From: Candidatus Micrarchaeota archaeon CG1_02_55_22 | Lineage (GTDB): Archaea > Micrarchaeota > Micrarchaeia > Norongarragalinales > UBA97 | DNA length: 32,000 nucleotides | NCBI GenBank assembly: GCA_001871595.1 | Contig: MNVH01000061.1 | Span: 2,065 to 34,064 of the forward strand | Reading direction: 5' to 3' | In this document: piece by piece, positions 17,070 through 24,784 of the stretch | How positions within the stretch are numbered: the first letter of the stretch is position 1 | Layout of the letters: each line of letters starts with the position of its first letter | Notes under the pieces: generated by a model | What the model saw: the letters and a program-made list of their open reading frames with translations, nothing else | What the model was told of the DNA's origin: nothing | Databases searched by the model: none | Position numbers and translations under genes: made by a program

Positions 17070-20000
17070 ATGCAGTTCAACATACGTAAACGCACGGGTG
17101 AGGTAGTCGCTTTCGACCAATCGAAGATTACCAACGCAATCTATAACGCGGCGAAGGCTGTTGGCGGAAGAGACCGCAAGCTCGCACTCGAATTATCGAA
17201 CAAAGTATTTCTTGAACTGCAAACACAATTCCCCGGCGACGCAATACCTCCAGTCGAAGCCGTACAGGACATCGTTGAAAAGACGCTCATAAAGGAAGGT
17301 CACGCCAAGACCGCCAAGACTTACATACTCTACCGCAAACAGCACGAGGACTTGCGCGACGTCGAGGCGCTGATGAACTCGTTCGACTTGATTCACGGCT
17401 ACATCGGCAAGACTGATTGGAAGGTGAACGAGAACTCGAACATGACGTACTCGTTGCAAGGATTAAACAATTACATTGCCGGCGAAGTGATTGCCAACTA
17501 CTGGCTGCGAAAGTTGTACCCCGCAGAGATTGGCGACGCACACGCCAGCGGCGATTTGCACATCCACGACCTCGGCACGCTCGGGCCGTACTGCGTCGGC
17601 TGGGACTTACAGGATTTGCTCACGCAAGGATTCGGCCACGTCAGCGGCAAAATCGATTCAAAACCAGCGGGACACTTCCGCACTGCGCTCGGCCAAGTAG
17701 TCAACTTCTTCTATACCTTGCAGGGCGAGGCCGCCGGCGCACAGGCATTCAGCAGCTTTGACACCCTCCTCGCACCGTTCATCCGCCACGACAACCTCTC
17801 CTACGATGAAGTCAAGCAATGCATGCAGGAATTCACGTTCAACGTCAACGTCCCCACACGAGTAGGATTCCAATGCATGTCGGAAGACACCACAATCCTT
17901 ACCCCGGAAGGCTGGAAATCGCACGGCCAACTAAAAGTAGGCGACGTAATACGCACGTTTAACGCCAAGACCGGCCAAACGGAGGACAAGCCAATCAAGC
18001 GACTCTTCTCACGTCAATACAAGGGCAAAATGTTCAACCTGCGCAACCGCATTCAAGACCAGCTCGTCACGCCCGAACACCGCGTCGTACGCAAGCCGTT
18101 CAACTCACCCGCTCGGGAATACGTGCTCGAACCAATCGAGAAAGTAATCGAACTCAAGTCCCCGGTAATCATTCCAGTAGCGGGAACGAACTGCCGGCTG
18201 GACGCCCAGATAAATGACGACGAGATACGCCTACTGGCTTGGCTCATTGCCGAGGGCACGAGTGAACATCCCAGCCAAAAGCACCGCCAGTGCGGCCGCA
18301 TCACGCTGGTGCAATCCGCCACGGCAAACGGCGCGTACTGCACCGAGATACAGGAAACGCTCGACGTCCTCGGCCTCGATTACGGATTCACCGAGAAGCA
18401 CGGCACGCAATACAGCCCGAACAGCGTAATGCACCAGTGGCGTATGAACGCCGGGTCGTCACGCCGCGTGCACTCGCTCTTCGGGGAAAGCTACGACATC
18501 AAGCACATCCCGCCAATACTTCGCCAGCTAAGCCAGAAACAAGCACGACTCTTCCTAGAAACGTACCGAAAGGCCGACGGCCAGAAGGACGCGTTCAAGA
18601 TAAGCGTATCCGACGAACGCGTGCTCGAAGGGTTACAGCAAATCGCTTGCGACGCAGGCTACGGTTTCACTACGCTCAACCGTGGCAAGACCGCCATAGG
18701 CAACAAACCGATATACGTCCTGAGAATAATCGAGCACAACGATACCTACATCCAAGAAATTCGCGAAGTGGACTACGAGGGCGTGGTATGGTGCCCAAAT
18801 ACTGACAACGAGACCGTGATCGCGCAACGCAACGGCAAAGTGTTCATAACCGGAAACACTCCGTTCACAAATATCACGATGGACCTCTCGGTGCCGAAGA
18901 ACATGGCGAGCATGCCTGCAATAATTGGCGGCAAACCGGTTGGCGCGCCGTACGGTGATTATGCCGAAGAGATGACGCTGCTCAACCGCGCGTTCGCCGA
19001 GACGATGATGGAGGGCGACGCCAAGGGCCGCGTGTTCACCTTCCCAATACCGACCTACAACATTACGAAAGACTTCCCGTGGGAAAGCGATGTCACGCAG
19101 AAAATCTTCGAGATGACTGCCAAGTACGGCATTCCGTACTTCGCCAACTTCATCAACAGCGACATGAGCACAGAAGACGCACGTTCAATGTGCTGCCGGC
19201 TTCGGTTGGACAACCGCGAGCTGCGCAAGCGTGGCGGCGGATTGTTCGGCGCCAACCCGTTAACGGGATGCTATGACGAAAAGACCGAGATACTCACGGA
19301 GAACGGCTGGAAGCACTTCGCCGACCTTTCGACGGACGACGCGGTATTCACGTTAAGGCAGGATAACGTCATCGAAGCACACAAACCGAACCGGCTATTC
19401 GTCTACGATTGGAACGGAGAAATGTACAACTTCAAGACCAAGTCCCTGGACCTGCTGGTAACGCCCAACCACCGCATGGTTGTCGACCACAAGGGCGGGC
19501 ACCTTGGAAACAAGCTCTCAAGGACGTTCGTAGAAGCGCAAGACTTCAATCACAACGTGCACCGCATACCAAAGCAAGGAACGTGGGCAGGCGTAGAGGA
19601 GGAGTATTTTGAGCTGCCGCAAATCAATTACACCAAGTACGGCGCGCAAGGAAAGACCGCGTACACCGTGACAACCCAACTACTGAAAATTAAGATGGAT
19701 AGCTGGCTCAAGTTCTTCGGCATCTGGCTGGCCGAGGGAAGCTATGACAACGACGGCATCGCGGCCGGCCACGGATACCGGGTATTCATCACGCAACGCC
19801 GCGAGAACGTGAGAAAAGACATAGAATCAATGCTGCGGGAGCTGCCGTTCTCTTTCGCGGCCGAGGGCGACAATTACGTCATCTGCAACAAACAGCTCTG
19901 GACGTACCTAAAGCAGTTCGGCCGCGCATACGACAAGCACGTTCCGGCAGACCTGAAGAGATTGGGCAAACGGCAGTTACGCATCCTGTTCGACTGGATG

Positions 20001-21197
20001 GTCAAAGGCGACGGCCACGTGCGCAAAACCACGGGCCAGACAAATTATTGGACGTCTTCAAGCCGCTTGGCCGGAGACCTGCAGGAGATTGTAATGAAGC
20101 TCGGCTGGCTTGGAACGCTGAGCGAGCGCAATCGGGGAGAAATAAGCATTGAAGGCCGCACCCACAAGACCGTAACCAATTATTGCATCGGTGTGCAAAA
20201 GTCCGGCCGCTACCGCCTCAGAGCGGGTGGCATAAAGAAGGTTGCGTACAACGGCAAGGTATACTGCTGCGAGGTGCCCAATAACACGGTAATGGTCAGG
20301 CGGCACGGAAAAGTATCGTGGTGCGGAAACTCCATCGGCGTGGTGACGATGAACCTGCCACGCGTCGGCTACTTGAGCAAGAACGAGGACGAGTTCTTCG
20401 AACGCCTCACGAAGTTGATGGACATTGCCCGCGACTCGCTCGAACTCAAACGCAAGATTTTGGAGAACTTCACCGACAAGGGAATGTACCCGTACTCTAA
20501 GTACTACTTGCGCACGGTCAAGGAGGCGACGGGCGATTACTGGACCAACCACTTCAACACAATAGGGCTCGTCGGAATGAATGAGGCCCTCACCAACCTG
20601 CTCGGCACCACGATTGCGACCAAGGAAGGCATCGCGTTTGCCGCCAAGACGCTCGACTTCATGCGCGACAGGCTCGCTGACTACCAGGAAGAAACGGGCA
20701 ACTACTACAACCTCGAGGCAACGCCGGCCGAAGGCACAAGCTACCGGCTCGCGCGAAGCGACAAGAAAAAATATCCCGACATCCTTGTTGCCAACAACTC
20801 GCCGGAAGCAAAGCCGTTCTACACCAACTCTACGCAGCTACCGGTCAACCACACCAACGATATCTTCGAGGCGCTGGAATTGCAGGAACCGTTGCAGACG
20901 CGTTATACCGGAGGCACGGTGCTGCATGGGTTCTTAGGCGAAAGAATTGATTGGCGGGCTGCCCGCACTGCGGTCAAGCGCATAGCAGAAAATTACCGCC
21001 TGCCGTACTTTACGCTCACGCCGACGTTCAGCGTCTGCCCCAAGCACGGTTATCTTTCCGGCGAACACGTTTACTGCCCCATCTGCGACGGCGAGATAGG
21101 GTTCAAGGAGGGTGAAGAAAATGGAAAACGAGAGGACACGGTGCGAAGTATACAGCAGAATAGTGGGATACTTGCGGCCAGTAGACCAGTGGAATGA
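17070..21197 (+). CDS. nrdD: Anaerobic (class III) ribonucleoside-triphosphate reductase interrupted by two inteins; this frame lacks the glycyl-radical motif
   Basis: N-terminal ATP-cone (IRKRTGEVVAFDQSKITNAI). Extein motifs include GDLHIHDL, SMCCRLRLD, GGGLFGANPLTG|SIGVVTMNLPR, YNLEATPAEG and YTNS. The Zn-ribbon-like CPKH...CPIC follows. The frame ends in non-homologous sequence (GKREDTVRSIQQNSGILAASRPVE). Confidence 0.9.
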   Translation: MQFNIRKRTGEVVAFDQSKITNAIYNAAKAVGGRDRKLALELSNKVFLELQTQFPGDAIPPVEAVQDIVEKTLIKEGHAKTAKTYILYRKQHEDLRDVEALMNSFDLIHGYIGKTDWKVNENSNMTYSLQGLNNYIAGEVIANYWLRKLYPAEIGDAHASGDLHIHDLGTLGPYCVGWDLQDLLTQGFGHVSGKIDSKPAGHFRTALGQVVNFFYTLQGEAAGAQAFSSFDTLLAPFIRHDNLSYDEVKQCMQEFTFNVNVPTRVGFQCMSEDTTILTPEGWKSHGQLKVGDVIRTFNAKTGQTEDKPIKRLFSRQYKGKMFNLRNRIQDQLVTPEHRVVRKPFNSPAREYVLEPIEKVIELKSPVIIPVAGTNCRLDAQINDDEIRLLAWLIAEGTSEHPSQKHRQCGRITLVQSATANGAYCTEIQETLDVLGLDYGFTEKHGTQYSPNSVMHQWRMNAGSSRRVHSLFGESYDIKHIPPILRQLSQKQARLFLETYRKADGQKDAFKISVSDERVLEGLQQIACDAGYGFTTLNRGKTAIGNKPIYVLRIIEHNDTYIQEIREVDYEGVVWCPNTDNETVIAQRNGKVFITGNTPFTNITMDLSVPKNMASMPAIIGGKPVGAPYGDYAEEMTLLNRAFAETMMEGDAKGRVFTFPIPTYNITKDFPWESDVTQKIFEMTAKYGIPYFANFINSDMSTEDARSMCCRLRLDNRELRKRGGGLFGANPLTGCYDEKTEILTENGWKHFADLSTDDAVFTLRQDNVIEAHKPNRLFVYDWNGEMYNFKTKSLDLLVTPNHRMVVDHKGGHLGNKLSRTFVEAQDFNHNVHRIPKQGTWAGVEEEYFELPQINYTKYGAQGKTAYTVTTQLLKIKMDSWLKFFGIWLAEGSYDNDGIAAGHGYRVFITQRRENVRKDIESMLRELPFSFAAEGDNYVICNKQLWTYLKQFGRAYDKHVPADLKRLGKRQLRILFDWMVKGDGHVRKTTGQTNYWTSSSRLAGDLQEIVMKLGWLGTLSERNRGEISIEGRTHKTVTNYCIGVQKSGRYRLRAGGIKKVAYNGKVYCCEVPNNTVMVRRHGKVSWCGNSIGVVTMNLPRVGYLSKNEDEFFERLTKLMDIARDSLELKRKILENFTDKGMYPYSKYYLRTVKEATGDYWTNHFNTIGLVGMNEALTNLLGTTIATKEGIAFAAKTLDFMRDRLADYQEETGNYYNLEATPAEGTSYRLARSDKKKYPDILVANNSPEAKPFYTNSTQLPVNHTNDIFEALELQEPLQTRYTGGTVLHGFLGERIDWRAARTAVKRIAENYRLPYFTLTPTFSVCPKHGYLSGEHVYCPICDGEIGFKEGEENGKREDTVRSIQQNSGILAASRPVE
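17874..18857 (+). mobile_element. Intein 1 in nrdD (328 aa) with LAGLIDADG homing-endonuclease domain
   Basis: Starts at Cys269 (CMSEDTTILTPEGW) and ends ...VFITGN|T. Dodecapeptide-like motifs are LLAWLIAEGT and LFLETYRKADGQ. Removing it joins VPTRVGFQ|TPFTNITMD. Confidence 0.85.
19269..20330 (+). mobile_element. Intein 2 in nrdD (354 aa) with LAGLIDADG homing-endonuclease domain
   Basis: Starts at Cys734 (CYDEKTEILTENGW) and ends ...VSWCGN|S. Dodecapeptide-like motifs are FFGIWLAEGS and LFDWMVKGDGH. Removing it restores the conserved GANPLTG|SIGVVTMNLPR block. Confidence 0.85.
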
Positions 21198-21252
21198 AGG
21201 AAAGAAGGAAGAGTACGGCCTGCGAAAGGAATTCGCGCTCAAAGAGTGCTAG
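21121..21252 (+). CDS. NrdD glycyl-radical C-terminal segment in a separate frame (43 codons from ATG 21121)
   Basis: My translation is MENERTRCEVYSRIVGYLRPVDQWNEGKKEEYGLRKEFALKEC*. It contains the class III RNR glycyl-radical motif (R-x-x-G-Y; compare E. coli RRTCGYLG). GGAGGGTGA (21107..21115) lies 5 nt upstream of the ATG. The ORF is below the 60-aa track cutoff. Confidence 0.7.
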   Translation: MENERTRCEVYSRIVGYLRPVDQWNEGKKEEYGLRKEFALKEC

Positions 21253-21258
21253 AACCGC

Positions 21259-21978
21259 ATGCAGTTCGGCGGAGTGCAGAAAACGAGCTTCATAGACTAC
21301 CCCGGCGAGATCAGCGCCGTGCTGTTCACGCAAGGGTGCAACTATAGCTGCGCCTATTGCCACAACGCCGACTTAATAGCTTTCAAGGAAAGCGCGGACG
21401 AGAGCGAACGCGTAATCGCCGACCTCCTAACCCGGAAGAAGAACGTTGACGCGGTGACTATTACGGGCGGCGAGCCTACCGTACAACGCGACTTGCCCCA
21501 GTTCATGAAGCGCTTGAAGGATGAGGGGTTCAAAGTCAAGCTCGACACTAACGGGTCAAACCCGGACTCGGTGAAAATGATTCTCTCCAAAGGCCTTGCC
21601 GATTACATGGCAATGGATGCGAAAACCTCGCTCAAAAGGTACCCCGAACTCGCCTTTACCGGCGTGAGCGAACGCGTGCAAGCAACTAGCAGGATAATCA
21701 TGGATTCCGGCGTTGACTACGAGTTCCGTACAACAGCGTTTCCGCCCCTCGTCGGAGAGAGCGAGATGGAGGACATGGCGCAGTGGCTCTCCGGCGCCGA
21801 GAACTATTTCCTGCAACAATTCAATCCCGGCCACACCAACCACCCCAGCGCCAAACTAATCGCGCCATACTCGGTCAAAACGCTCTCGCGCCTGCTCGAC
21901 ATCATCCGCCCCCGCGTCAAGAACGCCTCGCTTCGGGGAGTCGACGTGCCCACGCCCGTAGAAAAGTGCTCTTGCTAG
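21259..21978 (+). CDS. nrdG: Anaerobic ribonucleotide reductase activating protein (radical SAM)
   Basis: SFIDYPGEISAVLFTQGCNYSCAYCHN carries the CxxxCxxC cluster motif. ITGGEP is present. The gene lies immediately downstream of nrdD. Confidence 0.9.
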   Translation: MQFGGVQKTSFIDYPGEISAVLFTQGCNYSCAYCHNADLIAFKESADESERVIADLLTRKKNVDAVTITGGEPTVQRDLPQFMKRLKDEGFKVKLDTNGSNPDSVKMILSKGLADYMAMDAKTSLKRYPELAFTGVSERVQATSRIIMDSGVDYEFRTTAFPPLVGESEMEDMAQWLSGAENYFLQQFNPGHTNHPSAKLIAPYSVKTLSRLLDIIRPRVKNASLRGVDVPTPVEKCSC

Positions 21979-22021
21979 CAAAAACGATTGAAATAAATCT
22001 CAGTCCACACTAATTTCAAGC

Positions 22022-22645
22022 ATGACAAATCTGGCTCGACGGAACTCGTTGCTGTTAAAGCACGCCCGCACCGCAACCTACGCGCTGGCAGTCTTACTCC
22101 TTGCAGTTACCATATTCTTTGCAGGCAACGCGCGCGGAATCAATTACATTAAACTCGCGGACAATACCGGATTTCTCGCCTTCACGTTTTTGTGCCTCGC
22201 GCTCGCCGTCACTCCAATACGCAAACTCTCCCCGTCCTTCGCACTCAACCCGCCGCTCTACCGAGCGCGCCGCGCGCTCGGGGTGAGCGCGTTCGGCTTC
22301 GCCCTCGTTCACTCCGCGTTACGATCCGGCGTCCAGTACGGCGTCAGCTTCGAACGCTTCCTCTTCGTCGCTTCCGGCAACGGCGTTATCTACGGGGTGA
22401 TTGCCTTCGCCATACTCCTGTTGCTCGCCTCGATTTCGACGGACTGGGCCGTGCGCAAGATGGGCAAGGCATGGTTCGACGTGCAGAAGCTCGCCTACCT
22501 CGCCTATCCGCTCATTGTCAGCCACGCGGTGATTGCAGGCATCGACTTTTCCAGCATCAACGCTTATAGCGCGTCATTCGTGCTGGTCGCCGCCGCGACG
22601 CTCGTGCTCGAGGCGGCGCGGGTGTGGAAAGAACGAATAACATAG
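22022..22645 (+). CDS. Ferric-reductase-like transmembrane (MsrQ/YedZ-type, putative heme b) membrane protein
   Basis: About 6 predicted TM helices. RRALGVSAFGFALVHS and PLIVSHAV place His residues in TM helices, as in the ferric reductase TM domain family. Confidence 0.6.
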   Translation: MTNLARRNSLLLKHARTATYALAVLLLAVTIFFAGNARGINYIKLADNTGFLAFTFLCLALAVTPIRKLSPSFALNPPLYRARRALGVSAFGFALVHSALRSGVQYGVSFERFLFVASGNGVIYGVIAFAILLLLASISTDWAVRKMGKAWFDVQKLAYLAYPLIVSHAVIAGIDFSSINAYSASFVLVAAATLVLEAARVWKERIT

Positions 22646-22694
22646 TGACTAACTTTTAAGCAAAGTTTATTAAGTAATTCAGGCACTGTAAAGT

Positions 22695-23810
22695 ATGGCT
22701 TTTGTTCGAAGCAAACAGGTTCGCGGCCGAACGTATTACCAGCTAGTCGAAAGCAAGCTAGTCAACGGCAAGCCCGTCCAGAGAGTGATAAAACACCTTG
22801 GCCCGGAAGGAAAAGCCAAACGTTTTTGTGCGGACAATGGCCTGCAATTCCCCGACACCCCCACAACTGCCTCGCATGATTCTTTCTTTACTTCCCCACA
22901 CCAAGCCGCTGAGCTAGTCACTGCACTGAAGGGTAGGCAGGAGATTCCGCTTAAATTCGCGTATTTGGAAGACGGCGCGGAGAACTGGCGGGGAGTGGTG
23001 GAATCCAAAGAGTATGGGCTGGGCAGCACCGAAACGGAGCTCATAGCGGTTAACGCGGCCAAAATTATAGGCGAGGTCGGAAAAGCCAACATTGTCGACA
23101 TAGGTTGCGGTACCGGAAAGAAAGCAGTACCATTCATAGCTGAAATGACGCGCATCTCGCAACCGAAATACGTAGCATTCGACATAAGCCCCGCAATGCT
23201 TGCGCTTGCCGAATCCAACCTGGTAAAAAAGTTCCCGAAACTTAACACAAACTTTTTCAGTGCGGACTTTGAACAGACCAACCTAGCCCAAGAAATGTTG
23301 CGCTTGAGAGAGAACAACTTTCGCAGGTCGCTGTTCTTGTTCTTGGGCAACACGGTTGGAAACGTCGTAGACAAGGGCCGCGTATTAACAAACCTGCGCG
23401 AAAGCATGACCTTCGATGATTATCTCTTGCTAGGTATAGAACTGTTCGACTTGAACCGAATATCAAAAATTCTGAGCCATTACCGCGACAGTGCAGAGGT
23501 ACGAAGGCTGCTTACTGGCGTGCTTAAACGTTACGGCGTTGAAGGCGACGGACGACTCGACGTTTCTTTCAACAATGAGAAAAGCCAGGTAGAAATACAC
23601 TTGGCACCGCGCCGGGACGCTGACTTGACGGTGAGCGGAAAGAAGATTCGCCTTAAAGAAGGAGAGAAAGTCCTCTTGGCAGTATCTTACAAGGGAACAC
23701 CTAAACGTCTTCAAATACTTTTAGCGGACACCGGCTTCGTTATAATCCACACTTATTTGAGCCCGGAAGAAGATTACGCACTCGTATTGTGCAAGCCCGC
23801 CAGAATGTAA
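22695..23810 (+). CDS. EgtD-like (Methyltransf_33 family) SAM-dependent methyltransferase with an extra N-terminal domain of about 100 aa
   Basis: IVDIGCGTGKK (motif I), YVAFDISPAML, FFSADFEQ, LFLFLGNTVGN, LLLGIEL and a C-terminal SYKGTP...ALVLCKP follow the order of EgtD motifs (LGSG, FDV, GDFE, FLGSTIGN, LLLGTDL, SCKF). The N-terminal segment is MAFVRSKQVRGRTYYQLVESKLVNGKPVQRVIKHLG. TATA-like AAGTTTATTAAG lies about 25 nt upstream of the ATG. Confidence 0.7.
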   Translation: MAFVRSKQVRGRTYYQLVESKLVNGKPVQRVIKHLGPEGKAKRFCADNGLQFPDTPTTASHDSFFTSPHQAAELVTALKGRQEIPLKFAYLEDGAENWRGVVESKEYGLGSTETELIAVNAAKIIGEVGKANIVDIGCGTGKKAVPFIAEMTRISQPKYVAFDISPAMLALAESNLVKKFPKLNTNFFSADFEQTNLAQEMLRLRENNFRRSLFLFLGNTVGNVVDKGRVLTNLRESMTFDDYLLLGIELFDLNRISKILSHYRDSAEVRRLLTGVLKRYGVEGDGRLDVSFNNEKSQVEIHLAPRRDADLTVSGKKIRLKEGEKVLLAVSYKGTPKRLQILLADTGFVIIHTYLSPEEDYALVLCKPARM

Positions 23811-23906
23811 GCGCAAAAAGCTTTTGATCTACACCTTTTCGAACGACGAGCGAGTCGAGTGCGCAGCAGCGCACGACGCAGCGAACGAAAGCAAAAAGGT
23901 CGGAGG

Positions 23907-24037
23907 TGGAGGGAGAGGGATTTGAACCCCCGAACCCCTAAGGGATGAGATGCCTTATCGGCAGCCCCGCTTCATTGTTCGGCGGGGTTCACCAGACCTT
24001 GAGTCTCACGCATTTGGCCGGGCTCTGCCATCCCTCC
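23907..24037 (-). tRNA. tRNA-Leu(CAA), class II, with 46-nt intron at canonical position 37/38 (intron 23952..23997)
   Basis: Minus-strand read: acceptor GGAGGGA/TCCCTCC; D-arm GCA-GAGCCCGGCCAAA-TGC. Anticodon stem TGAGA/TCTCA forms only after removing GTCTGG...ATAAGGC. Loop is CTCAAGA (anticodon at 23999..24001). Variable arm is TCCCTTAGGGGTTC and T-arm is GGGGG-TTCAAAT-CCCTC; discriminator A, no encoded CCA. A T5 run lies 9 nt downstream. Confidence 0.85.
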
Positions 24038-24100
24038 AACTGTTGGCCCGTTATCTTAGTTTTAGTGGGTGGAAGGGCTTTATTAGTTTCGTTGGCGGGG

Positions 24101-24730
24101 TTAGAAGTAGTCGGGTTCGCGGTACTTGCTAGGGTCGAATTCGTAGGGATTGACTTTATGCTGGATTAACCAGCCAGTAAGGCGTGCTTCGGTAAAAACG
24201 CCGTCCTTGAAGAAGGCGCGCATGAACTTGTTTCGAGCTTCAGCTCTTGGCAGCGCTGCCATGACTTTCTTGGCCATTCTGTGCTCGAAGCTAGTTGGAG
24301 TACGCGACATGAATGATTTGAAGTCTTGTGGCCGGTGGCGCTTTAAGTATTCTAGCGCGGACATTGTCGCGACAAATTCATGGACTTTCTTTTCTACGGG
24401 CCTGTCCAAGCCGTGTATTCCGGGCTGGTACAAATGCAATGCATGGCCAACTTCGTGCGCCATGATTGTGTTAGGGTGGTCCAGCGGAGCCTCAGGAAAG
24501 TATTTAACGCCCGGGTTGACCCAGGTAAGAGGCACGCGGCGCTCTTTGCTCGCCATTCCTAAAGGATCGCACCCCCGAAAAGCACGTAGTTCGTCGGGAG
24601 TAAGCGTGGCTTCCACACGTTTGCGTGAATTGGTTGGAATCGGGTGAGTATTTTCCAGTCCCCACATCTTGGTTAAGTCGCGCGACCATCTTGCGGCGAG
24701 TTTTCGCACGGGTTTCGGAGTAACAGCCAT
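24101..24730 (-). CDS. Hypothetical protein with HEXXH zinc-metallopeptidase-like motif
   Basis: 209-aa ORF. IMAHEVGHALH is the only recognisable motif. No signal peptide or TM segment is evident. Confidence 0.55.
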   Translation of the reverse strand: MAVTPKPVRKLAARWSRDLTKMWGLENTHPIPTNSRKRVEATLTPDELRAFRGCDPLGMASKERRVPLTWVNPGVKYFPEAPLDHPNTIMAHEVGHALHLYQPGIHGLDRPVEKKVHEFVATMSALEYLKRHRPQDFKSFMSRTPTSFEHRMAKKVMAALPRAEARNKFMRAFFKDGVFTEARLTGWLIQHKVNPYEFDPSKYREPDYF

Positions 24731-24754
24731 ATGATTAATTCTAACGAATGGCTC

Positions 24755-24760
24755 TTTAAA
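24755..24760. promoter_or_regulatory. Palindromic TATA-like box TTTAAA placed symmetrically between two divergent start codons
   Basis: Exactly 24 nt separate TTTAAA from the minus-strand ATG (24730..24728) and from the plus-strand ATG (24785..24787). Confidence 0.4.
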
Positions 24761-24784
24761 TGAGTTTGCAGTTTAACGTTAATC

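Noticed and set aside
23811-24100. Integrated mobile element at tRNA-Leu, which would show an att duplication of the tRNA 3' end and an integrase.
   Set aside because: I found no second copy of the tRNA 3' segment and no integrase or transposase gene in the window. Only compositional oddity of the neighbouring genes remains.
23945-24169. ORFs 23945..24169 and 23950..24132 (plus strand).
   Set aside because: They overlap the tRNA-Leu gene and its flanks on the opposite strand and have no coding features.
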